A DNA stretch of 55,025 bases, filler included, from Hemiscyllium ocellatum (Eukaryota): assembly GCF_020745735.1 (NCBI RefSeq). It is 3 parts of 3 records of this genome, joined end to end, with 100 filler letters (N's around TTAATTAATTAA, not from the genome) between each part and the next. Parts side by side here need not be neighbours in the genome. Positions count along the whole stretch, not along the records: positions 1 to 30,382 come from NW_026867508.1; 2 more parts are not named here. One strand, 5' to 3'. The notes under the pieces were generated by a model. It was not told where the DNA came from. It worked only from the letters and a program-made list of their open reading frames with translations, and searched no databases. A program made the position numbers and the translations under genes. Below are positions 11,101 through 22,329 of the stretch, one piece after another (the stretch's first letter is position 1; each line of letters begins with the position of its first letter).

Positions 11101-12199
11101 AATTTATCCAACCGAGATGTAGCTTCATAATTCAGTCCAGACACTATCCTGGAAACATTCTCTGAACCCGTTCACAAATTTCTTTATGCTTGTTTGATTT
11201 TGCGAGTCTCCGCAAAAAATGCCATCAGTTTTGAGGCAATGTGTAGACATTGGTGAAGATGGGAAGAATGCAAAATAAAGAAAGCTTTTTGGAGTGAGAT
11301 ATAATTCTACGTCACTGTACATAACTTAATAACTTTGAATGTGTAAGGGCAGACCTGTTCTCAAAAAAAATGCTGGAAACAGAAAGCCTGCTGTGAGTCA
11401 GGAACCAACAATAAACAACCGACAGAGAAACAGCATTCGGGGAAAAAATATATTACATTTGTATTTGTAAACAGGTCGCTGAATAGTAATGTCCTTTCTT
11501 TTAAACTCAGTCACTGGGTCAATTTTCCCAACTTCTGAGATTTAGTTCGTCAGTGTTTGATTCACAAAATGGTAACAAAACGGCGATTGACACACATACC
11601 AGTTATAATTGTACAAAGGGTAAGAGTGGTTCATTGGTTGGAACAATTTCTCGTCACTATAAAAACCAAAGTGTTCTTCAGAGATCAGTGATGTGCCTTT
11701 TTCATCCAAAGACGCCATTTCATTTAGGTTCTCCAACAATGACTTAAATGAGAGTACAACCATCCTGGAACACGTACTAATGACATTGCGTGTCAATTTA
11801 GTACAAATGAGAGCAGCAGTTCAAGAATTCAGCTCGGCACTGCGATCGTAGGAGCAAATAGAAAAGAATAATAAATATTGGCCCAGCCAACGCCATCCTC
11901 ATTCTATGTATGCATGATTTAAAAGGCTCCCTCTCTCAATCAATGAAGCATTTTGAAAATTACTCTGTTAGTGTTGTAACATAATTGAAACAACAGGTCT
12001 CCATTTGAACATTAATTGCAAGGTCTCAATATAACTAGTTATATTTTACCATCGGTTGCATGCCATTAAGACATTGCGGGTCCATTTACACTTTGATAGT
12101 ATTACAAATTATACAACACCAGATTACAATCAAAACTGGTGTTGTGCGATTTTTAACATAGTATACCCAGTCTAACACTCTAAATCATCACTTTGATAA

Positions 12200-12850
12200 C
12201 ATTCGAGTCATTTACCCACAGTAAACGTGGCAGTGCCAAAGAACAGTTTAGTTTCCACCATTGTAATTTAGAAGAAATTGGCCCTAGAAAGCTTTGGAAA
12301 GTACAATATCAAAACATTCAATTCAAATAATAGAATCATAAACCGCCGACAAAGACTGCAAAAGGATCCGTACATCCATATTTGTATCTTAGGATGTTAG
12401 TGTTAAGCGGAGAAAAGTGCTATTGAAAATGTTGAAATTGCACCGGCCACACTGAGACATGCAAGCATTAAAGTGGAAGACCAGGGATGTTGTTTGAAGA
12501 AACTAAATAGATAAACTGTTGTATTGACACATTTAGTGAGAGGGGTTGAAGATCCAACGAAAAAACTAATTTCAGTTAATGAGATAACTGGGGAGATAAA
12601 AAGACGAAAGTAGAAGAACGACTGTGTTGAAAAAATTCTCAGTTTTATCAGATAAGGGGAAAATGTATACTGGTGACGTGCAATTCGCAGTAGATAAAAG
12701 GGAGCAAGGTTTGATATCATGGAGATGTGTTATCAACACAATGGAGATTTGATGCAGTTGACGTATGAGCCATGCAGCTGCTCCTAAACTTCTATACTCA
12801 CCGGACACGCTGATTGCTGCAAGGTTCAGATAGTAAATGGCAAAAATCAG
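12200..12850 (-). pseudogene. Heavily decayed V-gene relic
   Basis: Leader-like GLIFAIYYLNLAAISVS with a GTGAGT donor near 12787. Downstream are GSSTPLTKCVNTTVYLFSFFKQHP and, near 12220, ggcactgccacgtttactgtggg (DTATYYCG-like with a 1-nt deletion). The spacing is longer than a normal V. Confidence 0.35.
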
Positions 12851-14164
12851 ACCCTTTATATTTCATGTATTTATATCCAGAAGCTCCTGATGCTCACTGC
12901 AAAATGATCACGTTCATACATGCTAGTACGTCTTCCAGAATAAAATAATTCGATGTTTGATCTTTTATATAAAATAAATTCATTGAAAGAAAGCAATAAG
13001 TGCAGCTGCTTCTGAGCGAATGTTGCTGCCAAAATGGATAAATTATGCTGTTAATAAACATGGCCAAAAGGTTAAAGAGGTTTAGACTCTAAGCACTGGA
13101 GTTCAGAAGAATAAGAGTGATCTTATTAAAACATATACAGGTCTTAAGGGTAAATGCTGACAGAAAGTGTCCATACATGGGAGACTCTCGGACAAGAGTG
13201 AATAGCCGCAGAATAAAGGGTTGCCAATTTAACAGAGAGATGATTGAGAATTTCTTTTCTCAGAGATCTGCCAGACTTTCGAAATTTGTCATATAGAGCT
13301 GTGTGGGCACAGTTCCATTAATAGTTGCAGTTGATTTATTTCGAAATGTTTACTTGATTGCTGATCGTCATAAGAATATGTATTACTTCATTATGTGACG
13401 GTTTTTAAAATTCTATTGCTTCATGAGAGATGAGTTTTGCTGTGCAAAACACGTTCTTGCTCTGTCATAATAATCCTTGAACTGTCTGCCGAGCAAAATT
13501 ATTAAATGAATTTAAGTTCAACCAGGCGATCTGTCCACAGAAAGTTCTTCTGTGATTCTGAATTGGTAGTGAAGCATTATTACCATTACACCGCCATCTA
13601 CGATTGCAGTCTAAATTGTAAATAGTGATGTTGTCTGTCTGTGCATCAGCAGTTCCATTGAATATTATACTACTTGCTGCTCCGACTTGGATGCACCGTG
13701 AAACATTGTTCAAACCTGTTCAGTAGAAATTGAACTGATATTCAGAAATGCTATTTTCCCTGCTTAAACTTCGAGCTGGGTAAGATTGAACAATTCTGGA
13801 GCTATTGCTAAAGTTGTAGAGTTTCAAATTTTTGCAAGTAATATCTTCCATGTTTGGAGAGCATTTCACAAGCATTTCAGGAAAACAAACTTTTCTAGAA
13901 AAGCTCAGTAGGTCTACCTATCTATCTACTTTCCTATCTATCGATCATCTTTCCATTATAAAGTAGATGTCGCTTTTGTTCATTATGTACTTTACTGTGG
14001 AACAGGCAGAGAGACTGACTTAATGTGATTCTCTACAATTGATTATGGTCATCCGAATTTAGAAATGTATCCATCTGGAAGTATAAGTTTTGGAAAGTAA
14101 GATTGCTGAAAACACTGGCATTTATAACATTCTTCTTTTGGCGATAGTTTAATGGGAGCCAGGG

Positions 14165-14627
14165 AGACATCACAATACAAGATAGTATATGGCCAGATCC
14201 ACTGCTTGTTTCATCGTTCCTGTATCGTACAATACGATGGTGTTCCTCAACCACGTTGCCGTGTATTGAAAATGTTTTGGACTTCTTTCCCGTCTCAAAT
14301 GAGATTAGGCAGTGTCCAGAAATCATGTTCGACTGGTGTATGTAGCCTGTAAATGTCGGAGGCCCATCAGTGTTTCCCGATACCAGACTCCTTTTTATAC
14401 CAGCACCAAAGCCGAGTCAACATTCCAATATAACCGGTTCCCCTTCCACAGATTGCAGCTGTTTAGCCTTTGAGCTCTGCACCTCACAGTGACCCGCTGT
14501 AACAAAAGAAACACATCTCAAACATTACGTGGTATGGGGGGATGGGCAAAACAAGGTGTCTTATTAGTAAAATAAACTTGCACAGTGTCAAGAACATCAA
14601 AACTCCAAATGAAAAAGAAGTGTTCAT
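14165..14627 (-). pseudogene. V-gene pseudogene with leader (TCR/Ig V-type)
   Basis: 46-nt leader MNTSFSFGVLMFLTL (14627-14582) with a GCAAGT donor, an 85-nt intron and an acceptor at 14497. The exon reads GHCEVQSSKAKQLQSVEGEPVILEC*, then frameshifted WYRE... and DLAIYY motifs. No intact RSS. Confidence 0.6.
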
Positions 14628-14885
14628 AGGGCATTGCAAGTCTTCCTGCTCATGACGATGAAGATTGACAATGGTGTATCAATCAGGCTCAGCTTTTCAG
14701 GAGAGCACATCCTGTCAACAACAAAAAAAAACCTCAGTGATGGCAATGGGGAGAAGTTTAAGTTCAGTGAGACTGAAGGATCACATTCCCAACAAACCCG
14801 ATTATTATGCTGTGTTGACACCAGACATGACACGAAATCACACACAGGGATTTGTTATCTCCAACGACAGGATTTTTCAAACCCC

Positions 14886-15023
14886 NNNNNNNNNNNNNNN
14901 NNNNNNNNNNNNNNNNNNNNNNNNNNNNNNNNNNNNNNNNNNNNNNNNNNNNNNNNNNNNNNNNNNNNNNNNNNNNNNNNNNNNNNNNNNNNNNNNNNNN
15001 NNNNNNNNNNNNNNNNNNNNNNN
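14886..15023. other. Assembly gap (N run)
   Basis: Run of N bases. Confidence 0.99.
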
Positions 15024-15127
15024 AAGCACGCTATGTTTTAGCGGTTTGATTTTTACATGGAGACATGATCTTGGTCATGTTTTGAACTATAACTTCTCAT
15101 TTAGATTTACAGAATCCAACTAAATGT

Positions 15128-15432
15128 TTAGATTAGATTAGATTACTTACAGTGTGGAAACAGGCCCTTCGGCCCAACAAGTCCACACCGACCCGCCAAA
15201 GCGCAACCCACCCATACATTTACCCCTTACCCAACACTAAGGGCAATTTAGCATGGCCAATCCATCTGACCCGCTCATCTTTGGACTGGGGGAGGAAACA
15301 GGAGCACCCGGAGGAAACCCATACAGACACGGGGAGAACATGCAAACTCCACACAGTCTGTCGCTTGAGTCGGGAATTGAACCCGGGTCTCAGGCGCTGT
15401 GAGGCAGCAGTACTAACCACTGTGCCACCGTG
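15128..15432 (-). mobile_element. tRNA-derived shark SINE (HE1/V-SINE-like)
   Basis: tRNA-like head (gcacggtggcacagtggttagtactgctgcctcacagcgcc...ggttcaattccc), conserved body and (TCTAA)n-type tail. Homologous copies occur elsewhere in the window. Confidence 0.8.
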
Positions 15433-16609
15433 CAGCCAGTTTAATTGAATATGAATAAAGGAAACAAAATTTGTGATTCTCTGTTCAGTCCAGTCATAGT
15501 GAAAATTCTCCTACGGCCTTCACGTCACCGGCTGGCCAAACAGATTTGCGATTTACTTGTCCACTCCATTAAAATCGGCATGCATTCCCAAGACTGATGT
15601 ATGTTTATTAAAAGGATTTGGGCGTCAGGGGCTTTGAAAATATTTGTTGTCTCTCCCTGAGGCCAGGAGCGCAGATAACAGTCAACCACATTGTTGTGGG
15701 TTGGGAGTGATGTATGGACCTGCAAATATGAGTTCACTAGTTTCCTTCCCTCAAGGACATTAGATGATTTCATTATTTGGATGGTATTCACTGAAATGCT
15801 TTTTAGGCAGAGAGGATGTCTGCTTCAATGACAGGTAATCTCAGCGGGGAGAGCTGGAGATCAATACAAAAAGACAGAAACAAAGAGACACTGATAAACT
15901 CAGATAAGAACCAGAAGAAGTTACTGTCTGTGGTGTCACTTCTTCGCACGTAGCTGTCATCTATTATGGCAAAACATTCAGTTCTGAATTTAGATGACGC
16001 CTTCAGCACCTTAGTAAGCGAAGACTGACTCTGGTTACACTTTCATATCAGAATAAGAGTGTCAACACGTTTCGTATTTTCTTTCAAAACATAAAGCGGA
16101 TGTCTTTTTTATATTCCTCGCCAATGATAGTGAGCTTTCAGATGAATTCGTTGTTTCTTTTTAAAATTGCGTGTGCTTCTCAGAGAATGCTTTTATTCCC
16201 TGACGAGTGCAACATTTTGCACTTGTCTCAGAGGAAGGAGTGGCAATATTTCAGTGTCACACAATTCACCTGAATTATTGTCACAGTTACTTGAAAACCT
16301 ATGCCAGTGGAACTCTAATTTGGTACATTCAGTATCTCCCAGAAATCCTGTGATATTTGCTGAAGATACATGGAAGGTAATTATAATCCTCCAGAAACAC
16401 AAAACAGATTGTCTTTTTAATTTCACACTGGGAATAAAATGTTTATTTTAAGAATCGTCGTGCTCTTAAACAAAAATAGCCATATATGTTTGTGCCGTGA
16501 AGCTCACACGCTGATGCAAAAAGAGAGAAGATCATGACCAAACAATTAGCTTATGAATTCTCGGAGTGTACGCTAGATGGGGTTCTCATACTACTGCAAC
16601 GTCACAAAA

Positions 16610-16900
16610 CCTCAGTGTCCACAATACAAGTCAGTTCTGTCAAAAATGACAGAGTGACTTCATCCTTATTTATGCATGAAACATTTATTCCTTCGCAGTA
16701 AACCTCGAGTTCATTCTCGAATGTTTCAGCATAATATCTGCCAATGTAATCTGGCAACACAAACGAAAGGGTTTACAGATCCTACTTGACGCAGATTTGA
16801 TGTACAACCATAGCAGTCGTGTACTTATTGAATGGTGGAATTGACATATGTGCAAACCCCACAATTGCACAACCGTACAAGTCATAAAATCTACTTATAT
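16610..16900 (-). pseudogene. Decayed V-gene relic
   Basis: Mixed-frame motifs CQFHHSISTRLLWLY, GRYYAETFEN, SRFTAKE and DLYCG. The YYA-to-YC spacing (39 codons) is about that of a VH FR3. Confidence 0.35.
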
Positions 16901-17469
16901 CAGTATCCAATTCAAATGCATTGCTTTTCTTCCAGATAATGGCTGCAAGTACAGATCAGCTGATGGTTGTTCTTTATTAGAGTTTAATTGATAATCAGAA
17001 ATAGTGAGCTTCAGCCAATATGATCGACTCCACATCACATATGTTATGTATGAATGCACTGCACAAGCATTTTGGATCCTGACAACATTCCAGCAACATT
17101 CGAAGACGAAAGAATTGTGCTCGTAAATATGCAGATATTATGCTAAAAAGCTCGACAATAAAATCCAAGCTTCTAACAAAGTAGCAACGGAGGCCTCATT
17201 GTTCATTTTACGAACGTAAAGCATCGGTTCTACTGCAGGTCATTCAATTTAAAAAGCTAAGAGATGGGATGTAGGAGGGTACACTTAGCTACGAGCTCCA
17301 TTGACTGATCTGCCCATCAGCTTTCAGTCAGTTCTGTTAATGTGCGTATTATATGCTAAGATTATAAAAGCAAATCGATGAACTTGTTTTCTGAACATAA
17401 CATAACTATTCCCCTAGTTAAGCTGACGACGGGGCAGTTCTCAATAATGTGCAGCATTGTTAATGTCTC

Positions 17470-17750
17470 TCTTTCAGTGTCCCATGGAATTGTCGTTTCA
17501 CAACGACGACTCCAGCCATGAAAGACCAAGGCCTGCAATGTGTTGGATGGATCTTATCACAAGTAAAGTAATATTGACAGATTTTTTTCTCATATCTGAA
17601 TCCGACGGAGACTGTTCGTGGAGCTTCCCAGGAAGATTGCTGCAGAAGGAGGGCCAGGATAAATGATAAATAGTACAGAGACTGAAAATGTCTTTCTGGG
17701 AAGGATAAGTGAGGTGCATCATAGACATTATCAACCAGCTCATGGTTCTC
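17470..17750 (-). pseudogene. Decayed V-gene relic
   Basis: CTIYHLSW, then DNA cagcaatcttcctgggaagctccacgaaca (QQ-LPGK(A)PRT-like with indels), then ggctggagtcgtcgttgtgaa (DAGVxxC-like). Confidence 0.35.
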
Positions 17751-20079
17751 ACCTGTCCGTAATTGTATGCAATGTCAGGTATGCTGTCAAATGGAATGTT
17801 GTTATTATGACGTGCCATGCTGCAGTCAATTCTGAGTCAGCATGATGTCTTTGTGATGATCCACGACAGGGAAGTGCACAGTCTTCTGCTATTGAGTGCG
17901 ATCGGCCGAGGTGAGCTGTCCAGAACGTTGAGACAATAACGCACAACTTTGATCGAGTAAGATTGTTCAATAGGTTAATCCTCGTTTTGACCTTTACAAA
18001 CGTTATCTTCAGATTTTCTAGTTACAACAAGGGTTTAAATCAATTCCTGATCAGCATGATAATCTATTTTAATTCTCTCACGGGTTGGAGTTCTTGACCA
18101 ACACTTGGCCCGACATAAAAAAAATGGACCACTTTGGATGTGACCACTTTGGATTTAGGCCCAGCTGAAGTCAACGTGCAGCAGACAATGTGAACTCTTG
18201 CTGCAATTGATCTTGTATATGTTGGGCAAATGTAGACTCAATTACATTGTGCATATTCGTTGTACCAGATTTCATGAATGTCATCATGTGGGATTGTGCT
18301 GAACTAAACATGGTCATTATGAATGCAATAGCATTGGGAAGTTGCTTTGGATAAAACAGGCCTAATTTGGGAAAATATGGCAATGTATCAATAAATACTA
18401 GTCTCGTGCGAAACTAATTACTTTGATGAACCTGTCAATAATTTTGGCGTAATCAATTACCTTGCTAGTTGTACTGACTCGAAGTCCCATTGCATGATCA
18501 AACAAACACAACAATTGCCAAGAGTGCGGACACTTTTTTTCTTCCAAGAATTTTATATCTTAATACTTCTTAAATATTATGAGGGTGTTGTAATCTTCCA
18601 CATTTAAAACAGTGAGTTCAAGATTCACATCACCTTCTGAGATATACTTTCCGTTCAAATCTTCCTAAAGCTTCTCACCCTTACCATATTGTAATATAAT
18701 TTGGTTAATCATATGACCATCAAGGAGGAATGTTCAATCCTATCTACCCACATCAGTATTTGAGATCTTATGCCTTACTTAAACCACTTGACCACGTCTA
18801 CAAGCCCCAACTCGAAGCAGTTGTACCGATATATTTCGACGTTTCTGATATTCATTTTTTTTCTGTGTTTTAAACTACTTTCTTTTTCATTGTTTCCCCC
18901 AGGATCTAGGAAATATTCATGTATGCAGATATTAAAGCGATCTTGCTTCGAATAAAGCATGACAATATTTAAAGTCCAAGACCTCCAAGGATTTTCAGCA
19001 ACGAATCGGTTAGAAATAACATGCAGAGGAATAATGTTACACTGACGCTGGATATTGTGATGGTGCCAGAAACAAATTTAATATGCTCCACAGGAAAACT
19101 GCAGATTGTGGGAATTCCGAATTAAAGTCAATCCCAAAATTAAGACTCCCTTAATTTCTTTTAGAGATGATCAATCAAAACTGAATGCAAATAAGCAGAG
19201 GAAAGGTGTTCCCTCGATGCACAAAAAACACCAACATTCAAGTGGACGGCTGAATGTGCCACGGACACTGATATTTCAAAAGCTAATGACAAGCCTTTGG
19301 ACTCAAAAGTTAAATTTGCTTTCTCACCGCAGATGCATTCAGACCTGATCAGTTTGTATCGCAATATCTGGTTGTGCTTCAGATGAGTACATATTGCATG
19401 ACACCCAAAAGCAATCAGTGAATTAAAATTTCAGATTGCCCCTCCTGGAAGAGCAACTGTTTTCTGTCTGTTTTTCTGTTTTAAAAATAAAAGATGGACC
19501 CTTCGTTGTGGAGACAATGGATTGATTCCACCTATGCAGACGCATTCACGTCACCGGGAACCACCACTCCAATAATTGGGACCGTTCCTCTTCAAACCTT
19601 TCAATGTCAAGGCTCCAGCCAAGTTTTTGCACTGTCCCGAAGCTGAAATAAGATCTGAAATCCTGATGAATAGGAACGCGGATCATTTTAATGTATCTGA
19701 TCAGTTCATGTCGCTGAAGCCATCAGAGTCAATGACCAAGCCTCTTACAGAAAGGGAAGGTGCTATGACTGCCTCTGCTCCTTCAAAACCTGCATGTGTC
19801 CTGGGATGAGGAAATTTAGATCTGTGCAGAGATCCTCGATGCTACCATTGTTCTCTTTGGAGCAAGGTGAAACAAAGTTTTCTTGGAGTTGTTTGCAATG
19901 AGGGGTTTGGGAGCGGTGGGGCGGATGGCTTCGTGCAACAGTGGATTCAAAACTGTTTCCATTGACGAGTGTCAGATCGGCCAGTTGCCAGCGGAATGTT
20001 TTTGAAAGCATTTAACGACAAATAGGCTTGCATTTGTACAACATGAACATACAAAGTTTGTGAAGGTTTGTAGCATAGG

Positions 20080-20270
20080 TTGAGGTTTAGGGTGTAGGTT
20101 TGCTCGCTGAGCTGTTGGTTTGATATCCAGACGTTTCATTACCTGGCTAGGTAGCATCGTCAGTGGCGACCTCCAAGTGAAGCGAAGCTGTTGTCTCCTG
20201 CTTTCTATTTATATGGTTGTCCTGGATGGGGTTCCTGGGGGTTTTGGTGATGTCATTTCTTGTTCGTTTT
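20080..20270 (-). mobile_element. Penelope-like element terminal-repeat fragment with hammerhead motif
   Basis: Same family as 29650-29990 (gaaacgtctgga...aaacctcaacct). It contains CTGACGA...GAAACGTC at 20127-20166. Confidence 0.6.
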
Positions 20271-21153
20271 CTGAGAAAACGTGGGTGCGTTCAAAGGGAT
20301 TTTCGGTTTTGTTTTCAGTGGTCATTTTACCAGCACTAATCCATGTAAAAACCATAACTCTTGGAAACGGAGTCAGAAGCGTTCAAACCTGAGCAGGAAG
20401 CCGTGTTTTCTTTTAACATTGCCATTACCCGCAACTATTGGCCATGACAACAACATTGCTGCGAATTCGGCAATGTTTATGCAGGCAAGGATTCTTTTCG
20501 GCTCGTCCTGTCCATACCATCGCCCGAACGTTGCCTGTCATCCTGCAATTGACCAGAAAAGAAGAAACTGAGGGGATCTGTAATTAAGTAGTGTGAGAGA
20601 GAAAAAAGTAGATGGGAAGAATCCATTTCTGTGTACAGAGAAGTACGTAATCAAGGTGCAGGCTCGAGAAAGGAAAATGCCTTTGTATTTATCTAATGCC
20701 TTTCACCACAATCTGAATTCAAAATGCTTCACCGCCAGTTCCTGCCGTTTGAAGTGAAATCGGATGCAAACTCTTCCAAATGACTATATTTCTCTCCCTG
20801 CAGACATGCGCAGACCATTTCCAGCATTTTATTTGCATAGATTTGAATTTAGACTTTCAGATATCTGGTCGGCTTTTCTCTGTTTGTCGGGTTGACATTG
20901 ATTTCCAGAATGTTGTCGTCCAAACGTTCGCTTTAAATGTGACGTTTCTCAAATTTCTCCTATGTGGAGCTCAATGTTTGACTTGTTCCATTGAAATGAA
21001 AACGTCCTGGTATATTCGCTGACCTCCTCCAGAAGTCACAATTACAACTATGGGATCTGTGGTTCAAACATTAAAACAAAAGCAAAAAAAGAGAATGCTG
21101 GTGAAACTCACTAGATATATCCCCTTCTCCTGGTTGGGTAATGTAAGAAACTA

Positions 21154-21243
21154 GGGCTTGTCCGCGATTTGAACCCGGGATCTCTCACACGCCCACGCAT
21201 CAGGAGGCCCGAAGCGAAAATCATACCGCTATACCAACGAGCC
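21154..21243 (-). tRNA. tRNA-Pro-CGG: Intron-containing tRNA-Pro(CGG)-like gene, probably a pseudogene
   Basis: GGCTCGTTGGTATAGCGGTATGATTTTCGCTTCGGG + 18-nt insert (21190-21207) + TGTGAGAGATCCCGGGTTCAAATCGCGGACAAGCCC. The insert sits at the canonical 37/38 position. There are acceptor- and T-stem mismatches and no T4 terminator. Confidence 0.75.
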
Positions 21244-21262
21244 ACATTAATGTAAGAAGCTA

Positions 21263-21352
21263 GGGCTTGTCCGTGATTTGAACCCGGGATCTCTCACACG
21301 CCCACGTATCAGGAGGCCCGAAGCGAGAATCATACCGCTAGACCAACGAGCT
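21263..21352 (-). tRNA. tRNA-Pro-CGG: Second intron-containing tRNA-Pro(CGG)-like gene, probably a pseudogene
   Basis: AGCTCGTTGGTCTAGCGGTATGATTCTCGCTTCGGG + cctcctgatacgtgggcg + TGTGAGAGATCCCGGGTTCAAATCACGGACAAGCCC. The period relative to the first copy is 109 bp. Confidence 0.75.
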
Positions 21353-22329
21353 CCGGAGAGTTAAACAGAATTGACGTTTCCAATAGAATTCAGAAATTCG
21401 AAAATCTTGATTTCACGAATGTAGAATCACAATTTCTGGATCAGTAGGAAACAAGGAATCTCTCATTGTTTACAGAACTTTTCGGAATGCATGCAACTTG
21501 TGTTCACTCGAGTAACTTAATCGTTTAAATAAAAACAAAACTGACGAGAAAATCTGGGAAATTATTTGATTTGAGGTTGAAAATGAAACATTTCATTTGG
21601 AAAAGGCAAATCAGTGCAGGATGTATACACTTAATGATTAGATCTTAGAGAGTGTTGCTGAATTTAGGGATCTTGGAGTGCAGATTCATAGTTCCGTGAA
21701 TGTGGAGTCTTAGGTAGATAGGTCCGTAAAAAAAAGTGTTTAGTATATTTTCTTTTGCTGGTCAGAACATTGAATATAGGAGTTGAGAGGTCATGTTGCG
21801 GGGGTACAGGACATTATTTCGATCACTTCTGATATATTTTGTGCAATTGTTATCTCCTCCCATTGGTGGAATGTTATGAAATTTGTGAGGGTGTCAGAAA
21901 ACGTATGCTTTAAACGTGACGTTTCCCACATTTCTCCTATGCGGAGCTCGATGTTTGAATTGTTCTTTTGAAATGACAACCTCCTGGTATATTCGCTGAC
22001 CTCATCTAGAAGTCGCCATTACAACGATGCAATGTGTGGTTTAAACGTTAAAACAAAAGCAAGGAAAGAGAATGCTGGTGAAACTCACTAGGTATACACC
22101 CCTCTCCGGAGAGTTAAACAGAATTGATGTTTCCAGTCCGCTATTGAAAATCTTGAATTCACGAATGTAGAATCACAATTTCTGGTGCAGTAGGAAACAA
22201 GGAATCTCTCATTGTTTACAGAACTTTTCGGAGTGTATGCAACTTGTGTTCACTCGAGTAATTTAATCATTTAAAATCTGGGAAATTATTTGATTTGAGG
22301 TTGAAAATGAAACATTTCATTTTGAAAAG

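Noticed and set aside
13465-13720. Exon-like ORF with several N-glycosylation motifs (NGT, NIT, NAS)
   Set aside because: It has a plausible acceptor but no recognisable domain pattern or donor, so it could not be assigned.
14630-14885. Plus-strand PDYYA...FVISND segment as a VH-like relic
   Set aside because: The motif match is short, spacing is wrong, and the segment is cut by an N gap.
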